Below, one piece after another: positions 59,501 through 64,000 of a stretch of DNA of 64,000 nt (the stretch's first letter is position 1; each line of letters begins with the position of its first letter). The stretch spans positions 186,001 through 250,000 of IMG/VR virus record IMGVR_UViG_3300022868_000009, one strand, 5' to 3'. Position numbers and translations under genes: made by a program. The notes beneath the pieces are model-generated. The model saw nothing but the letters and a program-made list of their open reading frames with translations, did no database searches and was not told where the DNA came from.

Positions 59501-59922
59501 TAAAATAAACCTAATTTATTTGATTCAGTTGAATATTTGTATTGTGGATATTTATCCAAAAACTCATCTAATTCAAAATTGTTTTTTGTTTTAGTTTTTT
59601 GTAAAATTTCATTAAGACTATCTTCAACACTAACACCTAAAACTTCGAAATCTTTGTAGATACCAGTTGATAGTTTATTCTTATATTCAGAATTAGGATT
59701 ATAAGATATATAACCTTTATTTTCAGAAGGTTTAAAATTCTTTTTATCATTAACAAAATCTAACCATTCTATATTAAATTTTTCATCACCATTATAAATA
59801 TCACAAAAAATAGTGTAAATAATTTTCAATTTATCAGGTTTAATATTATATAATGTTAAATCGTTCCCTGTATAATCAAGATTAATGTTTTCAAACATTT
59901 TATATAAAACTAAATATTTCAT
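59500..59922 (-). CDS. Putative virion protein (MKYLVLYKMFE tag)
   Basis: AAATATATA just upstream. Confidence 0.6.
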   Translation of the reverse strand: MKYLVLYKMFENINLDYTGNDLTLYNIKPDKLKIIYTIFCDIYNGDEKFNIEWLDFVNDKKNFKPSENKGYISYNPNSEYKNKLSTGIYKDFEVLGVSVEDSLNEILQKTKTKNNFELDEFLDKYPQYKYSTESNKLGLF

Positions 59923-59978
59923 AATATTATATATTTAAATTAAATTCTAACTTTTTGTTTTTTCTTTTGTAAGGTTTT

Positions 59979-60683
59979 TTAGATATTCACATCACCTTGT
60001 TCCTTAATATAACTAATTAAATCAGGTCTTCTTTCACCGCCACGAGGATATGGATCATTTCCAAATGCTTTATCTAAAGTGCCTTGTTGGAAATTTATAG
60101 GAATATCATAAATTGAAGTACTAGTCGCAACATCATCATCGTCAATTTCCCAAAATATATCAATCCAATTAAATCTAAATGTTATAGTAAATGTAATTTC
60201 TTGAACCTCTTGAATTTGATATGCTAAACTAATAGAAGATATATTTTTTAATAAAACATCCCTAAATGATACAGTATAAATCAAATCCCCATCTTTATTC
60301 AAAACATGTAATAAAAATAAGGGTAAATGAGTCTTCTTAGGGTTTAAATAACTCTCAATTAATACCTGTAATAATATAAAATAATTTAAATGAGAATCAA
60401 CAGATCTAAAAGTTATATCTAAATCATTACTAAATTTATCCTGTACATTTTGAGCCTCTCTCCATGAATATTTCTTACCATATTTTAATCTCTGCTCTGG
60501 ATTATCTAATGTAAAAGAAGGAAAAGATATTTCCTTTATCGTAGAATTAACATAATCAATAACAGAATCATATGCTACAAAATTTTTATCCATTAACTTC
60601 TTAAAATCTCTGTATAAATACTCTTCGATAAAATCAACCGGTAAGTTGAATATAAACTGATTGTTTTGTGAACTTAATCTCAT
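59979..60683 (-). CDS. Tail-tube-like (gp19-fold) structural protein
   Basis: LDITFR...LHVLNKDG...VSF....TFTITFRF pattern. Confidence 0.55.
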   Translation of the reverse strand: MRLSSQNNQFIFNLPVDFIEEYLYRDFKKLMDKNFVAYDSVIDYVNSTIKEISFPSFTLDNPEQRLKYGKKYSWREAQNVQDKFSNDLDITFRSVDSHLNYFILLQVLIESYLNPKKTHLPLFLLHVLNKDGDLIYTVSFRDVLLKNISSISLAYQIQEVQEITFTITFRFNWIDIFWEIDDDDVATSTSIYDIPINFQQGTLDKAFGNDPYPRGGERRPDLISYIKEQGDVNI

Positions 60684-60687
60684 AATT

Positions 60688-62868
60688 TTATGTTAATATT
60701 TCATATGCCTTATCAATACCACCTTCACTACTAATACCTTCAAGTTTTAGTATTTCATCTTTCATTGCATTTGTAATGTTTTCTATTATATAGGTGAAAT
60801 TATACATTGTCTTAACTTTAGAAAAATCTCCAATAATTTGTTCCAATTGTGAATTAAATGATGTTTGATTATAAGTACTTTTCACAAATAAAACAAAATA
60901 TCTAATATTAGAACTTGTACCATCACTTGCACCACCTTGTCCAGATTCTGCAGCTATACCACCTTGTTTATAACCTTCATCATAACCTGCATCATAATTT
61001 ACATTAACTTTAATATCATTATAATTTCCAACAACACCATCATTATAACCAGCTAAAAAACCATCAGCATAATCAGCAGAAGCACCACCTCCACCTCCAG
61101 TAACATCATTAATACCAGGTCCGGTATTTGGTTTTAAATTAGAATATACAGGTGATGTTACTCCAACATTTATTTGATCTTGTAAACTTGAACCAACAGC
61201 AGCTTGACTAGACGCACTATCTAAAAAAGTAACATTTTCATAAATAGCAAACTTACCAGAATAAATAAGAGTCTTAGTTCCACTAAACTGTCCGTTTAAA
61301 GTAATATAAAAATTAGTATTATTTTCACTTATAGTTTTTAATGTTTGTACATCTCTTTGACTAACCTTAAATACTATTTGACCTTTATCATATAAATTTT
61401 GATCTGTTTCATAAAATATATCCTTCTCTAAAAACTCCTCATCAGATTTAAATGATAATACTATTTTTGAATTAAACATTAATTCTGATAAATCATAAGG
61501 GGCTACACTAGCATCCGCTGATAATATACCCATAGAAAATTTAATAATATTATCAAATGGAGTAATCATTATCTCTAATAAACCATTGCCCTTATAACCG
61601 GAAACAGACTTAGAACTACCAACCATTATTTTATACTTATCTATTAATATAGGATAATTAACCTTACTAACAGATAAATCAGGTAAAAATTTACTTGTAA
61701 TATTACCTCTATTCAAACTTTCAACTGGGTTTGAATTATATAAAGTAGGCAAATAAGCATCCGCAATATCTATCCTAGTTAAATTAATACCATATTTAAA
61801 TAAATTAGTAGTTAAACCCAATGAAGCACTTCTTTCAATTTGACTTAAATCTGTTAAATCTATAACTTTCATTAATACATCTATAGCTGCAGTAGTATTA
61901 GAAAATGTAATAACAGGTCTGTAATAAACCTCCTGTGCAAAATTTTCAGTCACAGTAAATGTTTGTGTTCTCTGTCTTATATTTTCTTCATATAATGTAA
62001 CATCATATTCTAATCTTATAATTTTTCCTTTAGCTCTTAAATCAGCAACAAAATCATCCATATTTTCATTTGAACCATTATAAGTTCCCTGAATTATGAA
62101 AAAATCTCCAACATCAGACTCTGCAATCTCACAACCCAATGTTTCATATTCTGGTGATTGAGACAATGAAGCGGTATACCAATTATCAGTATAATAATAC
62201 TTAGTTCCAAATGTTGTTTCAGTATCAGTTATATATGTAAATTGAATAAATATAGGAGCAGTCTCACTTAAACCAACACCATTAGTTAAATTGTAATTAA
62301 TAGTATCTGGTAACGCAGCGTTATTTTGATTTAAAAATGTTGTTCTTTGTGGTGATAAAACTCTCACTGAAGGTACATCTAACTCAATATATTTAATCCA
62401 AACTTGTTCGTCATAGTATTGAGGCACTCCAAATTGTACTTCATTTTGTCTATTAGGATCTTCATTATCAAAGAAATAATTAGATAATTCATATACATTA
62501 TTATTATTATAATCATAAGTATAAACCTTAATTAAAAAACCTTTATAAGTTCCATCATCTATTGTGTTATTTTGAGATAATTTAATTTTTATTTTATCAT
62601 ATAAAACTGGACTAGAATTATATGTTTGTGATTTTATAAAATTGTATGTTGTACTTAATTGAGCATATTTTCTAGATATAGGATCAATATTAATTAATTG
62701 GTTATTTGGAATATTAATAGCAGTTGCTCTATTAGATGTGAACAACCTTTTACTATTATCATTTAGATTAGTGTATACTTGATATTGCTCAGATATATTG
62801 TTATCATTATCATAAGTCCATTCAAGTAGAATATTAGTATCTAATTTTAAATATTTGTTCAACGACAT
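60688..62868 (-). CDS. Large late structural protein
   Basis: TTAATATATAG upstream; beta-rich with GYxxG repeats near C-terminus. Confidence 0.6.
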   Translation of the reverse strand: MSLNKYLKLDTNILLEWTYDNDNNISEQYQVYTNLNDNSKRLFTSNRATAINIPNNQLINIDPISRKYAQLSTTYNFIKSQTYNSSPVLYDKIKIKLSQNNTIDDGTYKGFLIKVYTYDYNNNNVYELSNYFFDNEDPNRQNEVQFGVPQYYDEQVWIKYIELDVPSVRVLSPQRTTFLNQNNAALPDTINYNLTNGVGLSETAPIFIQFTYITDTETTFGTKYYYTDNWYTASLSQSPEYETLGCEIAESDVGDFFIIQGTYNGSNENMDDFVADLRAKGKIIRLEYDVTLYEENIRQRTQTFTVTENFAQEVYYRPVITFSNTTAAIDVLMKVIDLTDLSQIERSASLGLTTNLFKYGINLTRIDIADAYLPTLYNSNPVESLNRGNITSKFLPDLSVSKVNYPILIDKYKIMVGSSKSVSGYKGNGLLEIMITPFDNIIKFSMGILSADASVAPYDLSELMFNSKIVLSFKSDEEFLEKDIFYETDQNLYDKGQIVFKVSQRDVQTLKTISENNTNFYITLNGQFSGTKTLIYSGKFAIYENVTFLDSASSQAAVGSSLQDQINVGVTSPVYSNLKPNTGPGINDVTGGGGGASADYADGFLAGYNDGVVGNYNDIKVNVNYDAGYDEGYKQGGIAAESGQGGASDGTSSNIRYFVLFVKSTYNQTSFNSQLEQIIGDFSKVKTMYNFTYIIENITNAMKDEILKLEGISSEGGIDKAYEILT

Positions 62869-62941
62869 AAATTTTTACTATAATTTTAAACTATATATTA
62901 AAATGACAAATATGAAACTAGAAAATTTATAGATTATTAAA

Positions 62942-64000
62942 TTAAATTGTAATAGTTAATTCATCATATGGATATTCCTGTTTTTTATAAATATTATCCC
63001 TTCTCGATAAATAGTGATTATATAATGTATTAGTATATTGCTTTGAAAATCTATCAACTATATCAAATACAATTAATTTACTTTTTTCAGAATGTAATCT
63101 TAATCCACGTCCAATAGACTGACGTATAATTTGATCAGATTTAAAAGAATCAGCAAATACAATATTAACAATTGATTTTATATTAACACCTGTACTTAAT
63201 GTACCATAACTCGCTACAAGTATTTTTGGATTACCACTTGTAATCTCCATATATTTTTTAATTTGTATTCTAACATCCGATTTAACAGAACCATCTATAT
63301 AATAAAAATCTTTTCCCTGTATATTATTTCTAAAAAAATCATATAATTGTGTACCATAGTCAATACTATGAAACAAAACTAACGAATTTTGTTTAAATTT
63401 AGTAACCAATTTAGTTAAAAATAATTTTCTTTTTTCTGAATTATGAATATATTGTTTCTCTAATTCAAAAGCTTTCTTACCACCGCCCCTCTTCTTAATC
63501 ATAAAAACATTTTCTGCAAATTCATGATCATCATAATTTAATTGTAAAGACTTTATTTTTAAATTACTTATAACACCAATCTCCTGTAGTTTTTTAGCTC
63601 TCACAGTTAAAAGTTTAGGACCCATTAATGATTCAATAGTCATTAATTCTGAAGTTCCATTTAATGGATATGTACCAGACATACCAAATCTATATCTAGC
63701 ATAACCAAATGTTCTTTCTAGAATAGTATTAATAGTTTTAGCTTTAGCTTTATGTGCTTCATCAGTACCTATTAAATAAAATTGTTTGAAAAATTCTTTT
63801 GGATATTTCTCTAAAGATTGATATGTGCCAATATAAATATTCGGTTCAACATTATCTCTATTTTTTCTTGGTTTATCAGACATAATCTCTTGTATCTTAA
63901 TATCTAAAGGTTCTTTTTGTTCTTTATTATAACCCTCATTATAATCTAAAATATCATCATAAAATTGTGTCACCAAAGATATATTAGGAACAATTAACAA
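62942..64000 (-). CDS. uvsW: UvsW-like SF2 helicase (5' end beyond window)
   Basis: DEAH, GMSGT, STGVNIK, QSIGRGLR. Confidence 0.9.
   Translation of the reverse strand: MLIVPNISLVTQFYDDILDYNEGYNKEQKEPLDIKIQEIMSDKPRKNRDNVEPNIYIGTYQSLEKYPKEFFKQFYLIGTDEAHKAKAKTINTILERTFGYARYRFGMSGTYPLNGTSELMTIESLMGPKLLTVRAKKLQEIGVISNLKIKSLQLNYDDHEFAENVFMIKKRGGGKKAFELEKQYIHNSEKRKLFLTKLVTKFKQNSLVLFHSIDYGTQLYDFFRNNIQGKDFYYIDGSVKSDVRIQIKKYMEITSGNPKILVASYGTLSTGVNIKSIVNIVFADSFKSDQIIRQSIGRGLRLHSEKSKLIVFDIVDRFSKQYTNTLYNHYLSRRDNIYKKQEYPYDELTITI

Noticed and set aside
1-64000. Alternative genetic code (TAG/TGA recoding) as in some jumbo phages
   Set aside because: Core genes are full length in code 11, and TAG/TGA act as normal stops (e.g. 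28704, 30549, 51934, 52571)
1-64000. tRNA genes, rRNA or CRISPR array
   Set aside because: No cloverleaf/T-loop signature or regularly spaced repeats seen by eye; tRNAscan-SE would be needed to exclude fully

Overview
64 kb of a very AT-rich, gene-dense jumbo myophage genome with a T4-like core, read in the standard genetic code. Morphogenesis genes lie mostly on the minus strand: tail sheath (cut by the window start), a gp5-OB/gp27/gp53-like baseplate block and a tail-tube-like gene. Replication and recombination genes include UvsX, gp41 helicase, gp32 SSB, UvsW, class II RNR and endonuclease IV. A Bacteroidota host is inferred from the Bacteroidota-type NrdJ and thioredoxin, TAnnTTTG-like promoters and A-rich 5' leaders without Shine-Dalgarno sites. 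Three promoter classes can be read: host-like TATATTT(G/A), ECF-like AACTT-N16-TATA and late-like (T/A)AATATATA. Highlights: (i) about 17 late-region ORFs share a T4-capsid-targeting-like N-terminal tag, including a CCA-adding enzyme and a DHH phosphoesterase, suggesting a virion-delivered enzyme cargo; (ii) a candidate promoter-to-terminator small RNA antisense to AAACUAUGAA start-codon contexts; (iii) a phage ribosomal protein S1 and a dispersed tRNA repair/translation toolkit; (iv) a three-way-junction RNA leader; (v) a minimal family-A polymerase; (vi) non-catalytic versions of DNA ligase and gp47/Mre11; (vii) a homing endonuclease that duplicated and recoded the 3' end of its host gene. 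All family assignments come from motif recognition by eye, not database searches.
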